Positions 36,649-54,671 of a stretch of DNA of 64,000 nucleotides are shown here, piece after piece. This DNA is from Adineta vaga (Eukaryota; Animalia; Rotifera). The stretch is taken from the NCBI GenBank assembly GCA_021613535.1, contig CP075494.1, positions 10,540,001 to 10,604,000 of the forward strand, read 5' to 3'. The number at the start of each line of letters is the position of its first letter. Positions within the stretch are counted from its first letter, which is position 1. Position numbers and translations under genes: made by a program. The notes under the pieces were generated by a model. That model worked only from the letters and a program-made list of their open reading frames with translations, did not search any database and was not told where the DNA came from.

Positions 36649-37486
36649 ATTAAGTACCTATTTTATTATTTTGACAACACGTGTGTGTGTTAGAACTGAT
36701 GAAATGAAGAGGAGAAATCAACTGAAAAATACTTCGCTTGTTTTCTTTTTTTAAATGTCGTATTTATTTTCAATTAATTTAAGGTTGATTTTTTTAAAGA
36801 AATAAATATGTACGGAACTAAATAATAATTAAAAAATACAAACGAAAGGAACACAAGAGTTAATGGATATTCTATAGGTATTTTACTATCAACGAGTTGA
36901 GAAAAGAAAAAGAAACCGCCGGTTTTGTTTTGTGTTCTATTCCTTCCTTTTCTACCTCGTCAATTGACGTGCAAAGAAGAGAATAAGAGTATGGTGAATG
37001 CATTCGCTGAATGCGTCGTACTGATTTTGTTCGTACGGCATAATAACAATAATACACCTACAACGAAGAAAATCTCTATGTGCACGAGAAAAATAATGTC
37101 AATCATAAAATAAAGGAAAGAAAAATATTTTTTAAGTTGTAAAATTTAGCTAAATTAATATAAAAAAGCAAAAAACAAGAAAATGGTTTGGTCATATAAA
37201 TTCCATCGTTATCAATCAACATATGATTCATGAGAGGAGAAAATAAATGTACTTTCGTTTATCAATTTTCCTTTTCGTATGAATAATGGTGATCTTCTAT
37301 TGCACAGTTAATAAACAAACAAAAAAATCAAGGTCGTTCGAAAAAGTTCAAATAGTTTCTTCCATTCAAAAGATACAAAACATGAGAAAGATTCCATTTT
37401 CGAACATCTTGAATTTGTTTATTCAAAAATTACATACATACACTCGAATTTCTTTAACAGAGTGTTAACAAATACAGAAAAATAGA

Positions 37487-38109
<623 letters not shown>

Positions 38110-38269
38110 CTTTGTAGTTCGATTATAATCTGAAATTGAAATTCATTTGTTTATAAGACAATAGAGCGACCTCAGCTCAAATCCAATTGGTCTATTGATT
38201 TCACCGTACGAGTGCTAAATGATATATATAACGCATATTATCGATAATACGATAGAAAAAACGGAAAAG

Positions 38270-38619
38270 ATGAATAAAATTACAAATTTTCGACAAATTC
38301 CACAAGTAATTGATTTCGATTTCAAAAAAAAATAATAAGAAAGGATTTTTAATTTCTAGCGTGTCTATTCAATGGTCTCACGAACATTTTCAAGTAACAA
38401 ATCTTATACTACTTAATTAAATTTCTCATCTTAAATGTGATACATATGTTCTTTTTAGGTATTCCAGATACACCTGTTGAAGAACCACCACGTGATCCCA
38501 ATGCACCGACACGAGATAATACTGATGGAGGTGATAAATCACCAAAACCGGATCGAAGTAATCCAGATAACAGTAAAGATCCCAATCAAGTGCCAAAATC
38601 ACCGAAACGAGATCGTTAA
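38270..38619 (+). CDS. 76-aa hydrophilic micro-protein with putative mitochondrial presequence, 3 exons
   Basis: Exons 38270-38305, 38360-38393 and 38459-38619 splice to MNKITNFRQIPQRVYSMVSRTFSSIPDTPVEEPPRDPNAPTRDNTDGGDKSPKPDRSNPDNSKDPNQVPKSPKRDR*. Confidence 0.7.
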
Positions 38620-38731
38620 ACATTTGGAGAGGACGGGAAAAGAAAATAGTATTTTATTCGAGCTCTATTAGACACCTTTTCTGTATAATTTGATATAAAT
38701 AAACAAGGAGAAAAACAAAAGAATTTCGTTA

Positions 38732-39768
38732 TCATTTTTTAACATCTTTATGAGCAACAACAAACATTTGTGGGACATCAAATTCCGGCGAATAACCACT
38801 GTTATAAGAAGAATCTTCAAAAATAATACTGTAGCAATCATTTCCAACTCGTGGAGTACTTTCTACCACACCTTTATAAAAACATGATGTCTGAGGATAG
38901 AGAGCAAGAACAATTGTTTGTGGCAAAAATAATGCTTGTGAACATGTTAATGGACAAGCACGCCATTGTGGTAATGGAATAATATGTCGTTTACTTATAT
39001 TATAATAACGTCCTTTGCCTGGTTCAGCATCAATATCTACAATATCATATTTCGTTTTGGTTGGATATACTTTGGAAATTTCAGCTAAAATCCAATTTTC
39101 ATCTCCATCATCACTTTCAACAAAACCAGCAATATGATCACCAACATGACAGACATGATTCGATGCAGCTGGTATGGCACCACACAATGGTGGTGGAACA
39201 TTCCTCTTTAGAAAAGAAAGAAAGAAAGAAAGAAAAAGAATAAGTGTATTGTGTCATCGACAAAATGATTTCATATGAAACTTACTGAATTTGAATTATT
39301 CTGTTCATTTCCATACCAAATTTTCAATGAATAAGCCATATGTGATAGAAAATCAGCTAGACCTCGACGTGTAGTATGATTTCGATTTGTATCATTATGA
39401 TTTTTTGAAGCTTGAGAGATTTCAATTTGTAGTTGTCGAACTTGTGCTATTTTTTCTAAAGCTGTTCGATACATATCCATTTCATTGTGTACATTAGTTA
39501 GTGCTTGTGTTAAGTTGTGTTTTGATGATTGAGATATTGTATTTTCATTCGATGATGTAGATGATTTTTGTTGTTGTTGAATTGTCACCCAAATATCACG
39601 ACTTGTATTATACTGATTTTTCGTCTTTTTCAAATCATCTTGTAATTCTAATAGAAGTTTTTGAATGGTTAATTCATTTTGAGTGATGACATCTTTTGAA
39701 TCAATGACTGTAGCAGAAGATGATCGACGAATGGAAGACTGTTCAGAATTGGTATTTATACGGATCAT
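38732..39768 (-). CDS. SGF29: SAGA-associated factor 29 (tandem Tudor), 2 exons
   Basis: Coiled coil ALEKIAQVR, TRRGL, PPLCGAIPA, ENWILAE, YDIVDID, IIPLPQWRA, VLALYPQTSCFYKG, FEDSSY.SGYSP...VPQMFVV. Confidence 0.92.
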
Positions 39769-40437
39769 TTTTTATCTTTGACTGTCATTTTCTTGCATTA
39801 GATTGCAACAATAACAATGTATTAGTAGAAAAACGGTTGGTACACTGTTCACACCACTCTCAGTGTCTGTCAAATGTATAGATGTCAGGTAAGAACGAGT
39901 TGTTCGCACAGAAAATATAGAGAATAGTTGTAAAAAATTTCTCCATTGGAAATTGGCTTCTATTATTTTAATACAGTAGATATTAATGACTTTTATAATA
40001 ACCTTTGAACCGTGTAAAAAGTTGGATTCTACTTGTTATATTGCATACATGATTGAACAGTTAATCAGATTTATAAAAGTTTCTTGTCGTAGTTTCTACT
40101 AGAAAGACAAAAGAATATAGTGTAATTTGTATATAACACCTATGCCTCACTTGTGTAATATTGATTTCTGTCTATCTTCTTTAAGAAAAAAATTTTGTCA
40201 GCAAACTTGTGAAATTAATTATGAAATTATATAATTCTTCTATTTGTATTTGACAATATGTCACTATTGATAAACCAATCAGAATTTGAAGAAAAAAATG
40301 ACTCATTAGAAATAATTTTCTCTCCGCCTCATTTATAAAAACATCATGTCTATGTCTTTCTTCGTTTTTTTTTAGCTATTGATAGAAATAAAAATATTTC
40401 TATTTAGATTTAATAAAATATTAGTTCGCAATATATA

Positions 40438-40551
40438 ATGCAACCGAATAATAATAGGCCAGTTTACAATGTTCAACCATCGAACATATCTCATTTAAAT
40501 GTTCGACCAACAATTATTACAACAGGAGGTCAACAAATTCAACCTCAATTC

Positions 40552-40590
<39 letters not shown>

Positions 40591-43151
40591 CAACAACAAC
40601 AGCCAATATATCAAATTTCAAGTGTACGACAACCAACAATGCCTCAACCAACATCAACACTCTATCAAATTCAACAACAACCTCGTCTTATTACTTCAGC
40701 ACCTGCGTACAGTTCTTTACAATCACTACGATTTTCTACATCACCATCAACACAAATACTACCAATAAATACAAATATTTCACCTCGTATTATTACATCT
40801 CAAACAACTAAACGTTTACCATCGGTTTCACCACAAACAACAACTACAATATTAAGACCAACTGTCACAACAGTTTCTACACCACCAACACCAACACCAA
40901 CACCAGCACCAGCACCAGCGCCAACACCAGCAGCTCAACCACCAGCACCTGGTACTAAAGAATTTGCTGTTAAAGTTCCAAAGTAATCAACACATTAAAT
41001 ATCTAAGCAAAGATTACCTTTTTTTCTTGTAGAACACGAGCTCAATATGGAATCATGGAATTTTCTCATGGTTTATCTATTGATGTTAAAGATTGGAAAG
41101 CCATTGAAATGCGACGTGAAATCAACCAATATAATTATCGTCCACCTTCAAATGCTGATCCAAATGCAGCATCATCCAACACAATTACAACATCACTTGG
41201 TGTTGTTATACCTAAAACCGGTGTTGGAAGTGAATATGGTCGAGAACAAAAAGAAGCTTTGAAACGAAAACGTTATGCTACGAAAGGAACCAATCTCGAT
41301 GATCTTCCTTGGATATTAACAGATCGTTCATCAACAGAAAGACGATTGAAACATTATCGTGGAATGAAAAAAGGTGGTGTAACAACGAATTCTTCGTATT
41401 ATGTTTTCATACAAGGTAAAGATGGTTTCGAAGCTTATCCCGTCGAAGATTGGTATGGTTTTACTCCGACGAATGTTTATAAAACACTTGATTTTGAAGA
41501 AGCTGAAAAACAGTATCAAGAACGACATAAAAATTTAAGTAAATGGTTTTTAAATCGTAAGAGTAAAAATGAAAAAGAATCAGGTGAAGAAGCTGATAAT
41601 GATGATGAAAAAGACAAGAAAAAATCTGGTAAAAGTAAACGTGAATTTAAATTAATCGATGCTGAAGATTGGGTCAATGAAAATGACGAAGGTAAGAGAA
41701 AGAATATTATATTCAAAGTAACCTAAACAATGTTTTTTTTTCTATTTTCATAGAAGAAGAAGAAGATGATGATGATGATAATGATAAATCCAATAAGAAA
41801 TCAAAATCAGGCAAAAAAGATAGTAAAAAACCTAAAGATGCATGGACATTAAGTGATGAAGATGACGAAGATGAATCAGCGAAGCAAAAAGCGAAAAAAA
41901 CCAAAGCACCGAAACGGGATACAAACGAAGAACAGAAAGAAGATTCGGATGATGGCGATCAAGAAGGTAATTATTGAGTTGAATCTTTCTCACATAATTA
42001 TAAAGGTTTATATCTTATTTTTAGGCTATGAAGTTGAATATACAAGTGATGAATCATCATCGGATGAAGATGACCGAGGTAAATAGATTTCTCGTGCATT
42101 TTCAGTACAATCTTTTCTTTTATTCTCAATAGGTGCGAATACAACTGACGCAGCATCTAAATATGAAATTAAAGGTTTGCAATTCGTCTCTTCTAAGAAA
42201 ATTTGAAAGTTCTTCTCGTTTTATTTTTCAGGTGTTGATGAAGAGATGAAAAATATGCCGGATATTGACAAGAAACTGGAACAAATGGATGACAATAATG
42301 GTGAAATTGACTTTTTCGATGATGATGATGAAGATGAAGAAGTTCCAGATATGGGTTTGAATTAGAATTCATGTATTAAACAAAGAATTAATCTCTGTTT
42401 TCTTTTCTCTAGATGATAATGACGATGAGAATGGTAAAGCACCAGGTGATGATTTCTCTGATGTTGGTAAATTACTTACGAGTGATGTTGTTAGCAAAGG
42501 TTTGTGTAAAAGAAAGAAAAGCGTCAATTTCCAATAAGAATTTTCCTTTTTAGAGATGGAATCAAGTTCAGATGAAGACGATATGGAAGATTCGGATGAT
42601 CCCGATAAAGAACCAACCGAAGCAATTGCTGTAAATTGAATTCTTTTTTTTAAATTTTAAACTTGAAATAAACGTTTTTCTTTTTCGATAGAGTTCGACT
42701 GGTAATCAACCAGTTCCATTGGAACAAGTGAAAACTGGTGTGTTTATTTTATCGCGAATAAGATTGATTTATTTCTTCTATTTTACAGAAAAAGGTCATA
42801 AAAAAGCTCGAGAAGAAGAAATGCGCGCAATAAAATCTAAAGTCATGTCCCTACCAACAACACCAGCGAATCCAACGTTTGTTTTTCTTTATTTTTAATC
42901 GAATTGTTCTGCTATATGCATGTGTTTCTAGTGAAACGATTACTGAAGAAAAAGTTCGAAATTTACTTCGAACTAAACAGCATATGACATTCACCGAATT
43001 GATTCAAATATTTCTGCCAAAATTAGAAAATCAACGAACAAAAGAATTGAAAGAAGGTATTGTTCAAAAATTAGCAACGGTTTTAAGACGTTTAAATATC
43101 GAAGAAAAACTCATCAATGGAAAGAAACATATTAAATTGAAATCAACTTGA
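40438..43151 (+). CDS. GTF2F1: General transcription factor IIF subunit 1 (RAP74), multi-exon, with long Q/P/T-rich N-terminal extension
   Basis: EFAVKVPK, GVGSEYGREQKE, DDLPWIL, YRGMKKGGVTTNSSYYVF, FEAYPVEDWYGFTP, acidic linker (DSDDGDQEG.EVEYTSDESSS), C-terminal winged helix ITEEKVRNLLR. Confidence 0.92.
40552..40602 (+). repeat. CAG/CAA microsatellite encoding polyglutamine in the RAP74 N-terminus
   Basis: (CAG)n(CAA)n run. A similar polyQ run lies at about 32105-32143 in TALE copy 2. Confidence 0.9.
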
Positions 43152-43309
43152 TCGAGGATTTTGTGTTTATGTAAAGTGTTCATTTTTTTTTGTATGAATC
43201 AATTTATAAAAAGAAAAAGGAGAACGTACAATAAATCAGAAGATATAGCATTTTGCTTTTTCATTGATATTATGTCAATATTAAAGTGATTGGATCACTC
43301 GATTTTTTT

Positions 43310-44162
<853 letters not shown>

Positions 44163-44649
44163 TTATTGATAGAAGACAATGAATGAACAATGTCGATGTT
44201 GAAGATGATATTCACCGACTGAGAATAAGGAAAGAAAGAAAGAACCAATAGATACTAGAAATAGATGAATGAATAATCGTCGATATCAATCAATCAATCA
44301 ATCAATCAATTGAAGTTATAACTCAATTGAACCAATGATTTCATCTAATAATTGTAAAAGATAAAGATTCCTTTCTCTTTACTTTAAATATCTTTTCAAT
44401 CATAAATACCTATCATTTATAGGATGTCGCTAGTTTATGCATACTGTCAAATATTCATCTTATAGTTAAAGCATTGATTTTAACAAATGAAATAAAAGAA
44501 AAACTCTTCCCTTTATAAATCTGTAATTTTATTCATAAATCAATCATTTTAGCATAATAAATAACAAAAAGATAGATATAAATAATTATGTAAGACAAAA
44601 CATTTCGAACGTACAATATAGAGAAAAAAGAAAGTCATAGATAAACTAT

Positions 44650-47964
<3,315 letters not shown>

Positions 47965-48259
47965 TTGTAACGAACTACCCAAAGAACTGAATATAACGAA
48001 TGAACATGAGAGAAAAGATAACGACAATCCCAGACATATAGTCAATCGAGGTGTACAGGAGAAACTTGTATTAAACACTGATTGGTTCATTATTTCTCTT
48101 ATAACAAGTAAATCAATCAATTATTGGAATTGTGTTGCAAGAATCTTTTTATGATATAGAAGTGCTTTTCAAAGAAAATACAAAGAAATTGAAAATCGAT
48201 TGAATCTATTTTATCACAGAAAAGAGAAACAAAAACAACAATAATATCAAATACATGTA

Positions 48260-51200
48260 TTATGAAATGTCTTCTTTCGTTGTTGTTTCTCGACATGCTA
48301 ATGCAAATGTATTGATATGATCTTTAAAACTCGAACGACTTGTACGTTCCCTAAATAAATTTCTTGAATGAAATTGTTATCGAAGGATTAAAAAGAAAAC
48401 TTACGACGATAATATTTTTAATAATGCTTCACGATGATGACGTTTCGCTGATGGTGTAGGAAAATTTGGATCGTTTAAACATTGTTGAACCCAATGTGTT
48501 GCCCATTGAATATAAGTTTTTGAAAGTGTAAATAGAGGTAAAAATAAACTTTCAATAAGATGACGAGGACTTGCTCCACCAATACACTATAAGATAGATT
48601 AAACAGAAAGATGTGAAAATGAGAAGATAAATCAAACTTGTAGAAGAATTCGAATAAATTCTAGGCCATTCTGTTGAAATAGATCAGCTGCTCGTTGATT
48701 AGATTTTGTATATTCAATGAAATTACACTATTTTCACAAAGATATGCCTAGTTTTATATTCGATACACGAATGATTGACTTACACTCAATGTCGAGATAC
48801 TTTTCAGCGTTCCTTGTTCATGTAATTGTATTCCTTTGTTCACTAAAAGCATGAATAGAATTCTTCTGCTTGTTTCTGTAACCTGTTCTACTTACTAAAC
48901 TCAATGAGAAGTACAAACGCTTCATTCGGACAAGAACGAACAATATTTGGTAGTTTTTTGATGATCTAAATTGAGTATAATAAATTATCTTCAATGCAAA
49001 ACAAAAAACCAATCATCTTACTTGAGCAAAGAAATTCGCAACATCTTCAGCAATATCTACATGATTTTTTAACCATTCCTCATTAAATAAACATCCGAAT
49101 TTCTGTAACACAGCGAGAAACAGATGATATACTGAACTATCTGTTTGACTGGAAAACATAAGTAATGTCTAAATGAAATTGTACTGTTTTATGAAATTTG
49201 AAGAAAATTTGAACATTTACATTTCGAACGAAATTTAAAAACTCGGAATGTAATATATTTGGTCCCATGCTTTGTAACAATTGAAGAAATGTATTTAAGA
49301 TTGAACTACTTGATTCTCGTAAGATTGTAACTGTTCGTGAAAGGATTTCACAAATTTTCTATGGAATAAAAGATTTACAATGCGAATCAATCGAATAAAC
49401 AAGTTTTTCATTACTTCAGTAATTTGAACATCATCAGCATATTGTTTGAGTATCATATGAAAAATAGGATCAAGATCACGAAGAACACAACATAACTTAA
49501 AGGAAGTAGAACAAATGTAGAGAAGTATTGTTTTCCAAAAATATAAAGAGACATTTCTTACCACTTCAGAAGTATTTGTATTCGATTGTTGTTCTTCATC
49601 CGTTTGATCACCATAATAACCAAAAGATGTGATTAATACCGAAATAAAATTTAATGTTGTACAAATGTTTTCCTTTCGAATCGTTATATTCTATGAAAAA
49701 TTCCAAATTGTACCAAACAACTTCCCATTGTTTTTTTTGTTCTCTTCTTACTTGATGATCACCTGTTTCGGCGAGATAATTTATTAATTTATTTACTTCT
49801 GGTGTAAGTAATACATTCAAATATTCCAGAACAGTTTTCGAGGGATGTGCAGATAAAATATAACCAATAATACATATACATCGAATACGATCATCGGATT
49901 GAACATGGACATTCTCGAGAACATTCTATACAAAGAAAATTGCTTAGCAAATATTTGATTCTTTCTTACTTTCATAATCGGAAAGATATCATTTAGATAT
50001 TTCGACATGTAAATTCGATTTTCTTTAATTAGTTCTTTCAAAGCAATCGAAGCCGATCGAATTAAGTCACCATTTGATAAAGCATTGATACATAAATGTA
50101 CACAATTTTGTAATATATCGGAGTGAGTACTCAACCAACTACTATATTGTCCTGAGTAGAAATCATGAGAAAAAACTTCGAATAATTTCGTCAGAATCTT
50201 TACCTAAAACTGTCAGAGTAGTATTGATAATTCGATTATTGGAAAAGCTTAATTTTGGAATCAATGAAAATATATGCGGTAATATTGGATTGTCTTCCGA
50301 TTGCATATATTCCGAACCAGCACCAATTAGATGTAGTATTGATTCTTGTCGCTATGAGAAAATATCTTCAAACTACACAACAATTCATCTGTCAGAAAGT
50401 TGATTTACCTGCCACGATTGATTTTGTTCAATCGAAATCAACAGATGATTGGCTAAGACTACAAAAGATCAACATGAAGGATTTATCTGATCATGTTTTA
50501 TACAATTCTACTTACTTTCCATTGCTCGTGTGTTGAGCACATCATACATACACATCTAAATATTGAACAAAACGTTTGTTTCTTTCATAAACTTCGTCTT
50601 GTTTTACCATTGTATCTGCTATACTTGCACGATAGGATCGAAAACTATCTTTATCTTCACTTGAAAAAATATTTTCTTGTTCAGATATCTGTCCTTTTGT
50701 TATTAATATTTCAATCAAATGTTCAAAATAAGGTCGAACGAATTCTAAATACGCTTTCACTTCATCTGATGAAGTCACTTCTTCCTAAAAACAAAATAGA
50801 AACAATAACTACGAAATAAGATCAATCCATTGAATACAATACTTTCAATGCATGCCAGAAATTCAATGTTAATTCAGAACATGTTTCTTCAATTGGATAT
50901 TGTCCTTTCATGTCAGTACATTTCTAAAAAAAGACATATGATCATTGCGAATGAAATTTCTAAAGAATTTACCATAATTAATCGACAAAAATTTTGTGAT
51001 TGCGTATTTTGTACAATCAATTGAGCAAGATTTTCACCAAATTGTGTAATTAATTTAGTCACATATTCCGCTTTTTCCTAACGATCAACATTTAATTATC
51101 AAGAAGACAAAGAATCGAGTTGTTACTTTATTTCCCGTCAATATACATTGATCAAGTAAAGTTTCTAATTGTAAAACATAGGGTAAAAGTCGAGAGAATG

Positions 51201-52316
51201 TTGTTGGATATTTCAATGCATCTGGTGATGTAAAGATCACTAATAAACATTCCGAAGCATCATTGAATAGATTTTCATTCATTAATGAATTGAATAAATA
51301 ATCGAAAAGAAGTTCTATTTTAAGAATTGAAATACCAAATTCCAACCATTTCGATAAACAAGCGAAGACTTTGCTAAGAATATCCGTTTGAGAATAAGTG
51401 GAAATGATATATTGAAGATAATTAAGAACTTAAATGAATTTGTATGAAAAAGAACAATAGAAATAAATTTTGATGATTACCAGTTGGAAATTCTTTTTCC
51501 AATTCAAGTCGAATTGAAGAACGTTGAGATTTTGATACAGTTAAACGTGAAAACTAGTATAAACGTTTAGAAGAATGATGTTACGGTGTCTTCGAGAGTA
51601 TACTCACTTCTTCTGGAAGTAATGTTAAGACATTTAGTGCAATCAAATGTCCTTTTTCCGGCTAAAAGAATACCAAACATATTCATACGAATGGAAATTT
51701 TAGTTTACAAACATGTTGAATTAAAAATTCATTTTGTGATTGAGTAAATAGGGTAATAATTGGTGTTAAACCATTGTTCCATTTATCGGGAATCATATGT
51801 AGAATCAGATGACTTAACTAAGTAGAAAAGAATTTCATCAAAGTGTTTCATTGACAAAATATTAACTAACAGCAATGGTTAATTTAGTGGTGATTTGTTT
51901 GGAATTAATTGAAATATAGAAGATTAAACGTTGAATTAATTGTTGAAATAATTGTTGAATTTGATTGTCATCTAATTCTGATCTAAAGACTTCAATAAAT
52001 AGGACTTATCAATAAATAAAGTAAGATCTTACAAATTTTTCGAAATTTTATTACATAGAGCGACTGCACCAAAGAATTGTACACTATTAGATTTAGTGAT
52101 ATTCAATAGTTTCCAAGAAAATCCCCATGCTGAAGATGAATATTGTAAATTTTCGAGAATATTATTGAATTCTTGACGTTGTAGAACTGATAATAAAGAT
52201 GTAGGAGAATAGAAAGTATCGATGATTCGTTCTAATATTAAACAAGATAAATATATTTCATATTCTGAAAAAGAAAACTATTCACCTATGTCTTCTGCTG
52301 AATAATTCGTGAGCAT
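48260..52316 (-). CDS. IPO13: Importin-13, many exons
   Basis: QYSSSAWDFSWKLL...VQFFGAVAL, ITTKLTIAL, MIPDKW, LNVLTLLPEEF, SPDALKYPTT, SSEDKDSFRSYRASIAD, IGGASPRHLIE; HEAT-repeat character. Transportin-3 is the less likely alternative. Confidence 0.85.
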
Positions 52317-52644
52317 ATTTGATTGATTAACAAGCAGTAAGACCATTCATTTTCTCAAAAATCTATTTGAAATCGGAGAGTATTGGGATAGGATTAAATT
52401 CTTATTCAATCATAAACACATGCATGATGTCACTAGTCCACAATCGACTTTCATCATCACAAAGACATCATCTATTCAGTGTTTATTATCTTTTTTTGTT
52501 CGTAAATTATTTTTCCACGTATGTGCATCCTAACTTCCTTTTATTTACTATAAAATAAATAATTAACACCCCGTAATATAGATATATAGTGTGCTTTGAA
52601 TATTCTACTCTTACATGTTTCTACTAATGTTTCGAATCTATGAA

Positions 52645-53607
52645 CTAGACAGCTCCATTTGTTATATACATTGGACCGAGTTTTGGACGACTCAGCGGCA
52701 CCGATAGTGCTCCAACAAGTCGACTTCGTCGCCAAAATAAAACCACATTCTTACATTTCTTTCTTAAGTTAGGTAACGATACAGCACATGCAAATGGAAT
52801 CAATAAAACAATCCAGTATGTCAAAAACAAACCGTCGCTATAATAACCAGCTCCTATAGTCCCTGGCAGACCGGCTGAATATGCTGCATACAAAGTCATT
52901 GGTGGAAATTGTAGTATGAGATATAAGAGAGATAATGGAAGCAGTTGAAATGTCAATTTCTTGTAGTTTCTCCATTGAATACTTCGACGAACATTATAAC
53001 GATAATGTAGTACACGAACGAAAAGTGTGACACTGAATAACACAGTGAGAAATGCAGGCACGATATAATTTACAATACTGTCCACTAATGATGCCCATGG
53101 TTTGTTAAGAATACAATTATATCGTGAACAATATCTTAGGTTATATCTGATCGGAACATCACATGGTATAATACTTCCAAAAACAAAATAAAATGTGATA
53201 GGCCACATAATACATAACACCATAGGTAGATAGTGAAAGAACATTCGTTTGACTCTTGTTGCAAACAATGCAGGATGAAAAATGAGAATGTGTCGTTCGA
53301 TCGATGCCCATGCCATCAATGTGAATGATGAGATATACATTGATGGACCAATCACTATCCATGCGCTGCAGAAGACAGGAGTAAATGATAAAACCTGACC
53401 ATGGAAATAATAGTATATTTGCCAAATGACATCAGTGAGATTATCAATAAGAACGCATAAGAGAAGAAGAATGATGACATGATTGCTGAGAGCTGTTCGA
53501 AGTGTTCTTGAACGAAGAAAATGGTATAAGTCAAAGATAGCAACTAAAATGGATGGTACGAGAGATACGAGCATCAACCATGCACGATTGTAGTTTGAGA
53601 TAGTCAT
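52645..53607 (-). CDS. Intronless class A (rhodopsin-like) GPCR, orphan
   Basis: 320-aa ORF with 7 hydrophobic segments, LRTALSNHVII, FCSAW, LMAWASIERHILIFH, WRNYKKLTFQLL. (TA)n TATA run about 50 bp upstream. Confidence 0.88.
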   Translation of the reverse strand: MTISNYNRAWLMLVSLVPSILVAIFDLYHFLRSRTLRTALSNHVIILLLLCVLIDNLTDVIWQIYYYFHGQVLSFTPVFCSAWIVIGPSMYISSFTLMAWASIERHILIFHPALFATRVKRMFFHYLPMVLCIMWPITFYFVFGSIIPCDVPIRYNLRYCSRYNCILNKPWASLVDSIVNYIVPAFLTVLFSVTLFVRVLHYRYNVRRSIQWRNYKKLTFQLLPLSLLYLILQFPPMTLYAAYSAGLPGTIGAGYYSDGLFLTYWIVLLIPFACAVSLPNLRKKCKNVVLFWRRSRLVGALSVPLSRPKLGPMYITNGAV

Positions 53608-54671
53608 CGGTGAATGTATCGGTTGTATGAACTACTGCGCATCATTATGTATATATATATATATATATAAGTGCACTCTGAGTTTGATGACAAGCTATAG
53701 AAATAGAAAAACGCGACTCATTCGTGTCATTTCTTTTGAAGATCTTTATGTACATCATTATTGCTTCTAATTTCGAATTACAGACGTTAATCAAAAGTTT
53801 TCTTTAGCAAACAATAAAGATCTGCATGAGCAAAACAAATGTCATATGCAGTATTTGTTTCCGGAAAAATCTGTTCTTTTTATACGCGATGCTAAATATA
53901 CTACTAACTATTAAAATGTATTTCTTTTAACTGTATATTTGTATAAGAAGTCTCTTTTATTTCAATGCAAAGTAGAATTCATATAAGACGGAACGGTATG
54001 CGCAATAGTATGATGAAGAACAGATATAGATGGTTAAAAATATCTTTCTACACAATAATGAAATTATTATATCGTGGTGAATACACCAAAGTAGATATTT
54101 GTTTGCTTATATTAGAAAATAATGTCTGCACTTCTTTCAATAGCTCAGCCCATTACGAAAAAGATAAAACTATCTCGTTTCAGGTTGTTTACTTGATGAT
54201 ATTAATTGGGTAAATAAATATGATGCCATCATCAACAATTATAATTACAAATTTATTAAGAGTTAATATGCAGTAGTACTTTAACTGAAGACATTCGATG
54301 TATCAGAAAACACGAAAGGTGGAACTATTTATCTTTCTGCGTCGATTAGAAGAGTTTCTGCAAGTATACATACAAATTTAGTAATTAGTAATATCTAATA
54401 TACGTATATAATTTTCTATAAGTCAGTCAAACAAGTGAGTAGAAAAAAAACTAACATTGAAATCATCTCCGACTACTAAAGACATCTAACATAACGAATA
54501 TTGGTTCGTTCTGGACTTTTTCTTCATTTTATTTATATATATATGAACTGAAAAAAGGTGAGTAGTGAGGGTGTTGTTGTTGTTTTTCCAAGACGATTAC
54601 TTATACGACTATAAAATATTTACTCTAAAATCTTCATTTTAGAATTGTGTGTGTGTATCAAAGATCCTAAA

